A stretch of DNA of 64,000 bases from the NCBI GenBank assembly GCA_013239625.1, contig MU053934.1, positions 3,118,399 to 3,182,398 of the forward strand, in the 5' to 3' direction. Source of the stretch: Lama guanicoe. Its lineage: Eukaryota. Numbering within the stretch: position 1 is the stretch's first letter; every line of letters begins with the position of its first letter. This document shows positions 48,501-60,500 of the stretch, piece by piece. Position numbers and translations under genes: made by a program. A model generated the notes under the pieces. It was not told the DNA's origin and made no database searches. It was given only the letters and a program-made list of their open reading frames with translations.

Positions 48501-51500
48501 TTGCTCCCACCTCAACCCCCTCCAGGAGGTGAATGCCAACAAATCCTTCCCTTCTGCCTCCTCTCCAGGGACCCTATCAACCTGCAGGTCCTCCAGGCCT
48601 TCGTGGACTGCCACGAGTTCGCCAACCTCAACCTCGTCCAGGCCCTCAGGTGAGTGGTCCAGGGGACAGGGGCCTGACCCCTGAGGGTGGCATGGCTGGG
48701 GGACTGGGAGCACCACCATCCCCATGGCTATCAGCACAAACAAAGCATCAGGAACAAAATTTAATTAATGACAGTATCCCCCCCCCACATAGAGCCGAGG
48801 TGAGGTGAGGTACCAGGTGGGGACCGCCTGGACCAGCGCCTGGCTGGTTACTAGTATTAATACTACTAGTATCATTATATTGCCCCATTATTATAATAAT
48901 ATTTAATCATTGTAATTGTTATTACTATTATTACTGCCATCCCCACTGCTTTTTGGATTAGTGCTTGTTTTATTTATTTTATTAATACAGCTTAGTGTGT
49001 GCTGCATTTATTATTACTTTTCATTTTTTAATTAGGATATTACCGTTGCTACTCATTTTTACAGACATGGGAGGCATCACAGTATATGGGTTAGGAGCAC
49101 AGACTCTGGAGCCAGGCTGCCCGTTTCTCCTAGCTCTGCTGCTCATCCCTTGGGAAAGTCATTAAAAAAAAAAAAAACTCCCTGTGCCTCAGTTTCTTCA
49201 TCTGTAAAATGGGGATAGTAACAGTACCAACCTGATAGGGTTGTAAAGATGAAATGAGAAAGTGCTTAGAACTGGTCCCTAGTGAGTGCTTAGTAAGTCT
49301 TGCTGCTGCGGATGATGCCTGGAAAATCAGTTCCCGAGTGGGGGCATTTGATCTGGGCTGTGACGAATGAATAGGAGTTTGCAAGGCAGAGAAGGAAGAA
49401 GCCACCACCATCCAGGCAATGTGGCCTTCCCTCCAACTCCCATGCTCTTTAAAATAGAGGGGTAGGTGATTGGGAGTCTCCAACATTCATTCATTCATTT
49501 ATTCATTTGTTCATTCTTTCACTCATTCAACAAGCCTTTACTGAGCAGCTAGTCACCGGGTACCCTGACCTGTGCGAGAACCAGCAGGAGATGTGAGAGG
49601 AGCAGGCACAGCGCTTGCCCTTGGGGAACTTAGTTGGAAGCTGTGGAAATCATGCAGCTCCAAGAAAAGGAGGCCCGGCCAGGGGAAGGCACTCCCTCAG
49701 GGTCCAACAGCCAGGCAGGGAAGGGCCTCAGAAACGGAGTCAGCAGAGACGCCCCTCGTGGGCTGAGATGGACTGGGCCTCAGATGGGCAGAGGGGAGCA
49801 TCTGCTGAGCTCCTTATTCTGGAAGAAAAGGCATTTCTTGGGTCCCTCCTGAAGGCTTGTTGCTCACTAGTACAAATTCCACGGACCCCTCCCCATGAGC
49901 CTAGATGACAGGTGCAGACTCTCCCATTGACAGAATAAAGATTTAAGCCTAGGAGAGGCAGAGGGGCTTATGGGGGGGAAGGTCCCCCCATAACCCCACT
50001 GAAAGCCACCCCTTGCCCTCACTGCCCATGGTTCTGTTCATCCCCCAGACAATTCCTGTGGAGCTTCCGGCTGCCAGGCGAGGCCCAGAAGATCGACCGC
50101 ATGATGGAGACCTTTGCAACCCGATACTGCCTCTGCAACCCAGGTGTCTTCCAGTCCACAGGTGCCAGGGTTGGGGGGACTCTGCCTGCCCACGTCTGCC
50201 TTCCAAGGCACCATGGCCTCTCTACTCCCTCAGATTTCTCCCAAGCACCCAGACCCTGGGAGCCCAGATTCCCGTCATGAACCCTCACTGAGCCCCTGCT
50301 CTGTGTCAGGCCTTCTGCTAGGTGCCTGTTGAGCAGAGCTGCCTCGGGGCATGATCCTTGGGAGAGGAGGCAGGAAATAATGTCACTATGGTGCTATGGC
50401 AGCAGTAACCCCATCTGAGGGCAGGGATGGGGGAGTCAGCATGTCCAGGATGGCTTCCTAGAAGTAATGAGGTCTGAATGGGATTTTGAAGGATGAATAG
50501 GAGTTCTCCAGGAGGTCAAGGGGAAAAAAGGCCTTTTAGGCAGGAGTTCTAGTTTGAGCAAAGGCACAGAAGTATAAAACAGCCTGAGCAGGATGGAGGG
50601 ACCAAAGGGAGTTAGAAGGACATCAGAAAAGGTCAGTCCTCCATATCCCCCAACACAGTGGGCGAGAAATCATCACCACAGGCTTGTCCTGGCCTCTTCT
50701 CTGGATCTGAAGTTACCATAATAATCATCAAGTCCATGTATTGAGCATTCCCTGTATGCTAAGTGCTTTACACACGCAAAGTCATGTGATCCTTCCATTC
50801 CCTCTGCAAGGTCAGCAGTATTCTCATTCCCGTGTTGAACACAAACTCAAGAGAAGTGAAGGGGGCTTCTTGGCAGTGTATCTATGGCAAGTCCTACAGA
50901 GCATTTGTCTTTCTTTGTAGTTATAGACAAATTAGGGATTTGCTTATTTATTATCTGTCAGCTCCTCAAGTCTAAATGTCCCAACGACAGTGGGAACCGT
51001 CCAGATTTTTTCACCAGTGAATCCCCAGTCTACAGTCCTTAGTAGGTATTCAATAAATATTTGTAGGAAGAAAGGAATTTTAAAGCACCAGATGTGAATC
51101 ACAGTCTCTCAACTTACTTTTGTGACCTTAGACGTGTAACTGACCCTCCCTGAGCCTCAGTTTCCTAGTCTGTAAAATGGGGGTGGGAGTAGGGCCTACC
51201 TCATAGTGTCATGGGACTTAAAGAGCTTAGCACAGAGCGAACACCAACAACATTAGGTGCCACTGACATCAGAGCTAGAATCGTCGACGTTCTAGAACAT
51301 GAAGACTCTTCAAAGTTAAGCCTCCTAGTGGGGAGGGTATGGTTCAGGGGTAGAATGCATGCCGAGCATGCACAAGGTCCTGGGTTCAATCCCCAGTACT
51401 TCCATTAAATAAATAAATAAGTAAACCTAATTACCTCCCCACCCACAAAAAAAAAGAAAAAAATTACTGGGCAAAGTTAAACCTCCTAATGTCCCAGATG

Positions 51501-54500
51501 GGGAAGCTAAGGTTCTGGGAGCCCAGGTACTTTCCAAGGTCAACCAGAGAGTTGGGGACACAGCTGGACTTCCCTGGCCCTGGACTCAGGGCTTTAAAAC
51601 ACCACAGAATAGCGATCACCTCCCTCCCAACTGCTCAGCCCAGCCGCCCTCCCAAGCGCATGAAAGTCTGAATAATGGAACAGGAGCTTGGCGCCGGGAG
51701 CCCCACAACGCCAGCAAGATTACCAAGCAGCACGTGACAAAGCCCTGAACAGTGCTGCCGACAATAAGCTTTCTCTGGGTTCCGAGGAGGCAGGGAACAG
51801 AGTGGGCAGGGGCGCTGGAAGGGCTCGGCGGGGAGGAGGGCTGCAGCTGGAGCCGCAAGAGCAGGAGGGTTTAAATAGTAGAAAAGGGAAAGGGAGGGCG
51901 TGCCTGGCAGGGGGCCCAGCAGGAGCAGAAGTGCTGCGGCAGGAAGACTCAGAGGGGCTCAGAAGCTGACAGCTGAAGCCTGTTGGGAGCAGGGAGCCCC
52001 CTAGGAGTGGGAGGTGAGGCCGGACCTTGAATGCCAAGGCAGAAGGACAGGGTGGACCTTCAAGGTATACAGACAGCACTCTTGGCCCCTAGAAGGGGTT
52101 AGGGCAGAGGAGGGGAGAGTGACCAGCGCCAGGACCGTGACCTGCTGTCCCATCCTGCAGACACCTGCTACGTCCTGTCCTTCTCCATCATCATGCTCAA
52201 CACCAGCCTCCACAACCCCAACGTCCGGGACAGGCCGCCCTTCGAGCGCTTTGTGTCCATGAATCGTGGCATCAATGACGGCAGTGACCTGCCTGAGGAA
52301 CAGCTACGGGTAAGAGGGATGTGGCCCCACCCAGCCCTGGCCCCAGGCATCCAAGAGGCACCTGTCCTTGGATGGATGGCCCAAGAGAGCCTCCCCTAAG
52401 ATAGACCACTCCAAGAGGGGGAGCTGCTGAGATAGACCTCTAAGGTTGGTAACTGTCTTGAGATGGATCATCACAAAAGAGACGGGTCCTAAGATGAGCT
52501 TTCCCAAGTGGCCCCAATCTCAAGAAGGAGGTCCAAGGACATCCAGGAGGTCCTACCAGACTCACAACAACCTTTGGGGAACTCTAGAAGCCCATCATTC
52601 ACACCTTCCAGGAAGTTCCTCACGCAGCCTAGATCATTTCTTAGAATCTCAGATTCTTAAACTCTCAGCGGGTCAGAGCTGAAAATTCTCACTCTGCTTC
52701 AGCCCCTCCCCCCTTCAGAGGGGAAGAAATGAATCTTTCACCTGCCACACGTCAGCTCGAGAAGTCAAGCAGCACCCAGGCCTCCCATCTCTTCCCCAAA
52801 CAGCCCTCACCCCTCTGACACTGCACCAGGCCCTGTGCCTGGCACGGGGTGCCCAGGGATGAATCAACCCTAGTTCAGGGTCTGGTGGGACAATGAGACA
52901 TGTGTGAATTATAACCCTGTGTGATTCATGCTGTGCTGACCATAGTAACCTACCTATGGAGACACAGAGGGCTCTACTATCACTCTCCTGGGGGCAGGGG
53001 AAGGGTGCTATCCTGGAAGACTCCAAAGAGGAGGTGACTTTTGAACTGGGCCTTGATGGTTGAATGGGAGTTTTCCCAGAGGAAAAGGAAGGGAAGGACA
53101 TTCCAGAAAGAGGAAGGGGTCAGAACCTGGCCTGGTTGGGAAAGGAAAGGACATCCAGAGTAGTCAGCTGGGTATGTATAGATAGTGATGGCGGCAGGAT
53201 GGGGCCAGAGTGTCCAGGGCTTGTAATGACAGGAGTTTGCCTGCTTCCTGTGGGGAAAGTGAAACCAGGAGCTGTTTTATAAACACAGGAGTGAGAGTCA
53301 AAGCTTGGCTCTGCAAAAATGCAGTAACAATTCATTTCCAGGGCTAGAGGTGCCTCAGAGCTCCAGAGAGCTTCAGTTCCCCCTGGGTCAGAGCCCTGCA
53401 GGAGGGGAGGAGAGGGTGTGAACGCCACCCCCACAGCTTAGCACCCTGGGAACCTCCCTCAGCAGAAGCCTGGTGAGGGGAGAGCCTGGGTCTGGAATGA
53501 TTCCGGTGCCCCTCAGAGTTTGAGAACAGCCACACCCTTAGGCCACCACCCTCCTTGGTCCCCAGAGGAGAAAGTTCATCGTGGAAGTGGAGGGACAACA
53601 TAAAAGGAGGGCTTGAGAGTAGGTTAGAGCTCACATCCCATCTCTCTGTTTGCCTGCTGGGTGACCTTGGGTAACGACTCACCTTCTCCAAGCCACCATT
53701 TCCTCAACCAGGAGAACGGGGATAGTGATGCCTGCATCACAGAGCTGCTGTGAGTAGTAATTTTTAAAACTGTAAAGGGCATAGTCCGTGCCAGGTACAT
53801 AGCACAAGCTCTAAATGGTGACTTACGTCATGATTAAGAATAATTAATAATAATTTAAAATCCCCAGCACTTAGTGAAATGCCTGCAATGTGAAAGGCAT
53901 TTGAGAACTGGTAACTCACTGTGGTACTCAGGGAGGGAAGATGCGCACACCTTGTCTGGCAGATAATGGGTTAATGGCATGCCAGCACCCGTCCTGCTGG
54001 ATCTCCCAGGTGCCACTTTATTGCTTCAGCCCCCAAAGAGCCTCCTTCAGCATCTCCCTCCTTAGATATTTTTCCCAATTCAAGCCTTTTGTTAATAACA
54101 ATGCACTGCATTTGTATAGAGCTTGTAACTTTCTTCTCATAGGGCATTCGGGTCTATTATCTCAATTTAGCTTCAAACTCTGCCTGTGAGGTCTGGAAAG
54201 GGTTTATTATCCTCCTTGGCAGCCAAGAGAGGCAGGCACTGAACAGAGTGGGGAGTAGGGAGCAGACAACAGAGCGTTGGAGTCACAGCCACATCCAAAA
54301 CCTGGCTCCCCTATTTGCTAGTTGTGTGACATCAGGTAAGTGGCTTGACCTCTCTGAGCTCCCAGCTTAGAAGATTAGTGTAGAAACGTAAGGTATTTAG
54401 CACAGCACCAGTGTCGCTGGACTAACTAATCCAGAATTCGCCCTGGGCACAAAGTGAACCACACTGGCCTGGTCTTTGTCTTCAAGGCTTTCCCAGGTAG

Positions 54501-57500
54501 CTGCTGTGGACTGGGGGTCTTCTCACCTTTTCTCGGGATCTCATCTTCCCCATGTGTAAAGCAAGGACTTGGTCTTAAGCACCTTCAGAGATTCAGTTTG
54601 CAACTCTGCGGAAGGATTCTCCATGAAGCTTCTCTAGCCCGGGTCCCCGCTGAGGACACATCATTTTTAAGTGGCCTGATTTACGAAATGAAATTGACAC
54701 AGATACATTACCTAAAGAGAGGTCACCCCATGACCACAAGGGTGCACAGCAAGGGAAGGCTTCAGAGAGGTGCATGATGGGAGCTGGGGCTCAGGCAGCT
54801 TGAGCTGGTCTTGCCCTGACCATCCTGATGGGGACGGGGCAGAGTGCCTAAGAGACTCAGGGTGTGGACTTGGAGGATGGGAAATCAAATCCCAGCCCTG
54901 CCCTTATGGCTGTGTGCCTTTGAGTGTGTGCCTCAAGTTTCTTCATCTGCAAAGTGGGCTGATGACACTGATGTCACGTTACTCTCCTGAGAAGCAGACA
55001 ATGCACTTCAGGTGCCTGGCACCACTCACCTTGACAGAGCTGCCCCAAAAGGGAGCTTGGGTAGAGGAGGGGAAGGAAAGAGGACAGAAGGAGGGCTCTC
55101 CAACCTCTGGTGTCACAAGTGGAGTAACCACAGTCCAGGCAGGGGAACAATCTCCCAGTTCAGGGCATCTTCTGCTATGCCCAGCGCTGGACCTCCTGGG
55201 TTCTTGTCCAAGCATCTCCATCAGAACTGACCTTTTACTGGGCCCATTGACTGTTTTTATTAAGTAATCCTGACAACCTTGGGCAGTAGGTACCATCTCC
55301 AGGTTACAGCAAAGGAAACTGAGCTCAACAGTGGTAGCTGGCGAGGGGTCTCAGCTTGTGAGGAGTCCAGATTCAAACTCAAATTCAGACATTATCTGAC
55401 TCCTGAGCCCTTCCCTCTGCAGAGACCAGAAGGCAAGTTCTAGGGATGGAGGTTTTGACTGTGTTTCCCAGCTTCTGGTTACTTCCTGGCTGGAGGAATT
55501 TCAACTCTCAAAATGGAAAAGATTTGGAATTGATGGGCAGCTTCAGGCTCAGCTAGATCTAGGTGCTCAGTGAGGTCAGGGCTCATTCTGGTCTCTCCCT
55601 CTCTGAGCAATCCTCTCCTCCATGCCAACTTCCCTCTTAAACAGGCTCTCCCCAGGTTGTGGCAGAGATGGCCCGGGCAGCTCCCGGCTTCCATCTTGCT
55701 TAACAGTTTCAATTAGAGTCCCAGAATTAAGGCTTATTGGCTGGTGTGGGTCACAGAAAGCGGGGTGGGGGCAGGATTCCCCAGGGGAGAATGGAGTGGG
55801 TGGGGAGGGGTGGATGCAAGGCCAGAGAACCACCGGGAGATGGCAATTGTCTTTCTGATCACATCCAGCCAGCCGGGAGAAGGTAGGCTGGCCCAGTGGT
55901 TTGGTGTCAGTGGGTGCAGGAGTGTTCTTACAGGGGGCGGGGGTGGTGGGAGGAGGCTGGTGTTTACAAATTACAGGAAACACGGATGCACTGAGCTGTT
56001 TTCTTTCTGGGGGCAGAATTGCGGTCTGTAGGGCACCGGCAGAAGCTGCCGGGGGCTCCCTGTGGGTGCCACAAAGGATGAGGCCCTGTCTGCCCCCACT
56101 GCCGGCCTCCTTGGGCCTTCGGAAGATTTGCCTAGGCTGCCAGCTTTGCTGACAAGGCCTTGCTGCCACAGGCCACATTCAACCAGCCAGCACCGCCTGG
56201 GAATTCCCGGGGCCAGACTTCCTGGCTGCTCTAGGGGTGCCCGAGCTCTAAAAAGAGAAATAGTCCCCTCCCCCCCCCCGCCAACAGCCAGCTAAGCCCG
56301 GAGAATTGGAGTCCACCGGTCGATAGATACCTTCATCAAACCCAAGGAAACCTGCTTCCAGCAGCCACTCCCGCTCTCGTACCCACGGCCACCCCTACGC
56401 TCCTGGGTCAGAAAAGACATTTAAAAACCAGCACACACCATTTCTACGCCTTTGGGAAATCAAATGGTACTTGTGAAATTTTTCATTTAAAATTTCAAAG
56501 AACCCATCTGAACAGCAGCATACACAAATGCAACAGAAGGAAGTAATATAGTTATCTGGACAGTGGAGACCCCGCATTGTCTCTGGTTTAATAGACAATT
56601 TAGAATGCTTTTCCAAACACTTGGAAATCTGGGCAGGATTGTCCACGGAACACGGTGCCCCACAGCAGGTGGTTCAAAACACACAGGGGTGATCTGTTGC
56701 CAACATCTACAACTCCCCCACAGGAAGTTCTCAGCCCTGGCTTGCATACCTCTAGTGACAAGGAACTCATTACCCTACAAGGTTGCTCCTTCCTTATTTC
56801 AGCCGCTCTCACTGCTACAAAGTCCTCCATGGGGAACTGGAATCTGCTCCCTGGGGATTTCCCATCCCCCTGAACAGGGCTCTGCCCTCTGCCTAGGAGA
56901 GGGCTCTTTAAGAGCCAAGGTCAGCATCCCACCTTGAGTCACAACATGAGCAACCAATCTCCAACTCCCTAGCAGCTCCTCTGTGTTCCCTTGGCCAGGG
57001 TACACCTGGAAGTCTCAGCTACTGCACGTAAGAGGAGACCCCTCCCCCCCGGATGCTGCCCAAGGAGGCCCCCCCCCCGACTGCTGTGCCCCAGAGAATG
57101 CGTGTGCTTGTGTCTGTGTGTGTGCACACTTGCACGCACAGGTGAACATGTGCGTGTGTGTACACATCCTAGCCGAGCCTCCTTGTCTCCACCACTCTCC
57201 GACATGGGGTTGATGGCCCCAACTCACTCATCTGACCTGTAAGAGCAGCGCTGGGTGGTCTGGATGAAGGCAGGGCCTTCTCCTCCTTATCATCTTCCCC
57301 TGACTTGGGGGCGGGGAGGGGCTCTGACCCCAGTGTAGTCCATTTACTCCCCCTAGGACCCTGGAACTCAGCATTGTTCTGTCTATTTTTCAGATGAAGA
57401 CACAGCAGCTCAGAGAGGTGGAGGGGTATGCCCAGGGTCACACAGCCATCCAGTGACCGAGCTGGGATTTTAACCCAGGCGGCCTGACACCAAACCGCAG

Positions 57501-60500
57501 CATTCCCATGCCACTGGCTGGAATTCCAGTGGGAGGGTGGGAGATGGGAATCTCTCGGTCAGCAAACAGTTGCCAACCTGCTTTAGGCCAGGCCCTGGGG
57601 GAGGCTCTTGGGTTGTGACACCCAGGCTTGTCCTGGAAGAATTCTTCATCTGTTTGGGGAGGTCAGCCTCAGCAAGCAAACTGACATCAAAATACTGCCA
57701 GCATGGGGACCGTGTGTAAGGCAGTGGAACACAGTCTCTCTGTGGCGCTGACGCCACCCTCTCTGCTCTACAGTGGTGGGGGGCGGGGAGGAGAGATGAC
57801 GTGGGACTCTTCTCAAAAGGGGGGGGGGGCGGGGAGGAGACAGGAGGTGGGGGTGGGGACAGAAGAGCAGGGGAGCATCAGTGGGCCTGGAGGGACGGGG
57901 GGTTTGACAGAAAGGCCAAGGCCCAACGCGGAGCTACAGCAGGGGAAAGAGTTTTCCCAGAGGGCTAGTGGCCTGGCCACGGCCACTGAGGCCCTAGACT
58001 GGGATGAACGTTACAGCGGATCTTTCCCTCCCTTCTCCCGGGCAGAACCTCTTCGACAGCATCAAGAGCGAGCCCTTCTCCATCCCCGAGGATGACGGCA
58101 ATGACCTCACTCATACCTTCTTCAACCCTGACCGCGAGGGCTGGCTGCTCAAGCTGGGTGAGACCCGCACTCACGCGCACACGCGCGAACGTGCCTGCAC
58201 ACCAGCACACGGCTGACCCATGCACACACTTGATGTGCAGCCTCTGGGGGGGAATCGGGTCGTCCCAGGTCTCCTGACTCCCAGCACAGCATCCTTCCAT
58301 CTGTCTGTCCCGGGAATGAGGGGACAGATGGGGAGGGGAACGATGAGCAGGAAGAGGGGACCAGAAGCTGACAGAGTCATAGATAAACACCTCAACCGCA
58401 GATCTGTCTTTCTTCCTGGAGTGATGCTGAGGAAACCCAGGCCCAGCGACGTTAGGGCCCCTGCCCAAGGCCACACAGCCAGCCAGTGGCTGATTTTGGT
58501 GGGCAGAGGGTTGGGTGTCCCTGAAAGATGGGGGAGGGAGTGTGACAGGATGTGGCTCAGGGAGCTTCCCCTCAACATGACTAGGGCGCAGGGAGGGCCT
58601 CTGGCCTTCAGAGAGGGGCTGGGGTGGCATATAAAACGCACAGCACAGTACCAGGCAGGGAGGAGGCCAAGGGATGAAATGAGGGGTGAGGGCAGCAGGG
58701 AAGTGCCGGGAGAGGCCAGCCTGCGCCGGGGCCTGATCATGGAGCAGCCTTGAATGCCGGGTCAGGCAGCTCAGGGGAAGCCTAGGGGTAATGGGAGCCG
58801 CTGGGTTTTTCGGTGGGGAAGGGATGGATACAAAGGAAGGTGTGGCAGGTGGGGGATGAGGGGCCTCGGGCGGGAGCCCAGGGGAGAGCGCCCAAGGCCC
58901 TGCTTTTCCATGGAGGGAAGTGTCAGTGGCCCAGGGAGGAGGGCTGACTGACTCCACCACGGACCTCTTGCAGGGGGCCGCGTGAAGACGTGGAAACGGC
59001 GCTGGTTCATCCTGACGGACAGCTGCCTCTACTACTTTGAGTTCACCACTGTGAGTCTGACGCTGCCCTGCCCCTCCCTCAGCCCCCTTCCAGACTCCCA
59101 CTAAGCAGTCGATTAACAGAGCTTGGGACCCCTTTGAGATCATTCAATCTTTCTCCACACCCATTTTACAGATGGGGCAAACTGAGCTACAAAGGAGAGG
59201 GGCTGGGCCATGGTCCAAGGCAGAGCCAAGGCTTAAAGTTGGGCTTCCTAACTCCCAGCCAGGGTTCTTCACATGCTGCTCCCTCTACCCCTCCAGGCCT
59301 GGAAAGAGTCTGGGGAGGTGGGCACACTCATCTTGGGGTCTGGGGAGCCCCCAAGGTCACTCCATTTGCTGATCCTAACCTTCCCTCCCATTCCCCTGCA
59401 GGACAAGGAGCCACGGGGAATCATACCCCTTGAGAACCTTTCAGTGCAGAAGGTGGACGACCCCAAGAAGCCAGTAGGTGTCAGGGTGGAGGCCTGAGGC
59501 CGGAGCAGCTGGGGAAATTTCCGAAACAGGGTGGGAGGAGAAGGCGGCTGGGATGGGCGCTAGGGGAGGCTAGGCTGTGCCCATCACACCTTCTGGGAGG
59601 CTCAGGGTTGCCCCAGTCTCCCTCCTGGGGGTGGGGACCCCGGGGGCAGGTCAATGGCATCAAGAGAATATGGTCTCACTGTCTCTCAGAGCCTGCCTCT
59701 GACACTGGTGCAGGAACCTTCAGTAAGTCCCTGCTCCTTTCTGAGCCTCAGTTTCCCCTTCTGTCAACTGGGGATTTTAAGAAGAATCATGAATTTAGAT
59801 GGAGCCTGGCACACCGAAAGTTCTCAGCATGAGGAGCTGCAGCTCCTGCCCCTCGGCCCCTCACAGGAAGGCCTGGGGGTCGAGTGTGTCCTGCTACTTG
59901 TCCAAGCACTGGTCTTACCCAAGTGTCTAGTCCTCTCTGAGCCTCGCGGAGAGCCCGGTACAGCTGCCCTCCTCCCGCCCCTGCCCTGCCCTCACCTGGC
60001 CGCTTCCCCACAGTTCTGCCTGGAGCTCTACAACCCCAGCTCCCGGGGCCAGAAAATAAAGGCCTGCAAGACAGACGGCGACGGCAAAGTGGTGGAGGGC
60101 AAGCATGAGTCTTACCGGATCTCGGCCTCCAGCGCCGAGGAGCGGGACCAATGGATCGAGGCCATACGGTAACGGGTGGCAGGGCCGGTGGGGATGGGTC
60201 TCCTGTCACCTTCCAGAAGCTCCTGCTTCTCTCAGGACCATGTTTCCTAGTCTGTAAAGGGGGCTAACTCCAGAATCTCCCTCCTGTTTCTGGCATGTAA
60301 ATCCCTTCCCCCCATATGCTGTGAGCATCCCCTCCGGGCCGGCTCAGTGCCAGGCTCCCGGGACACAGGAGAACAAGGCACCAACTTCACGGGAGATGTT
60401 GCGTGTCAAGCTCTTTGCCCAGCGTCTGGCTTTTAGTAAGTGCTCGTGAATGGTGCTCTTGTTAGCATCAGGATCCAAAGTAGCCCTGAAGAACTGGTGG

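Noticed and set aside
57098..58240. TG-rich tract (57098-57167) and CA-rich tract (58165-58235) flanking exon 9 as a pairing element
   Set aside because: Complementarity is only low-complexity and short; expected by chance.
57965..59143. Longest ORF in the track (392 aa, minus strand)
   Set aside because: Antisense to CYTH4 exons 9-10 in GC-rich DNA, Pro-rich, with no recognisable domain; most likely a chance open frame.
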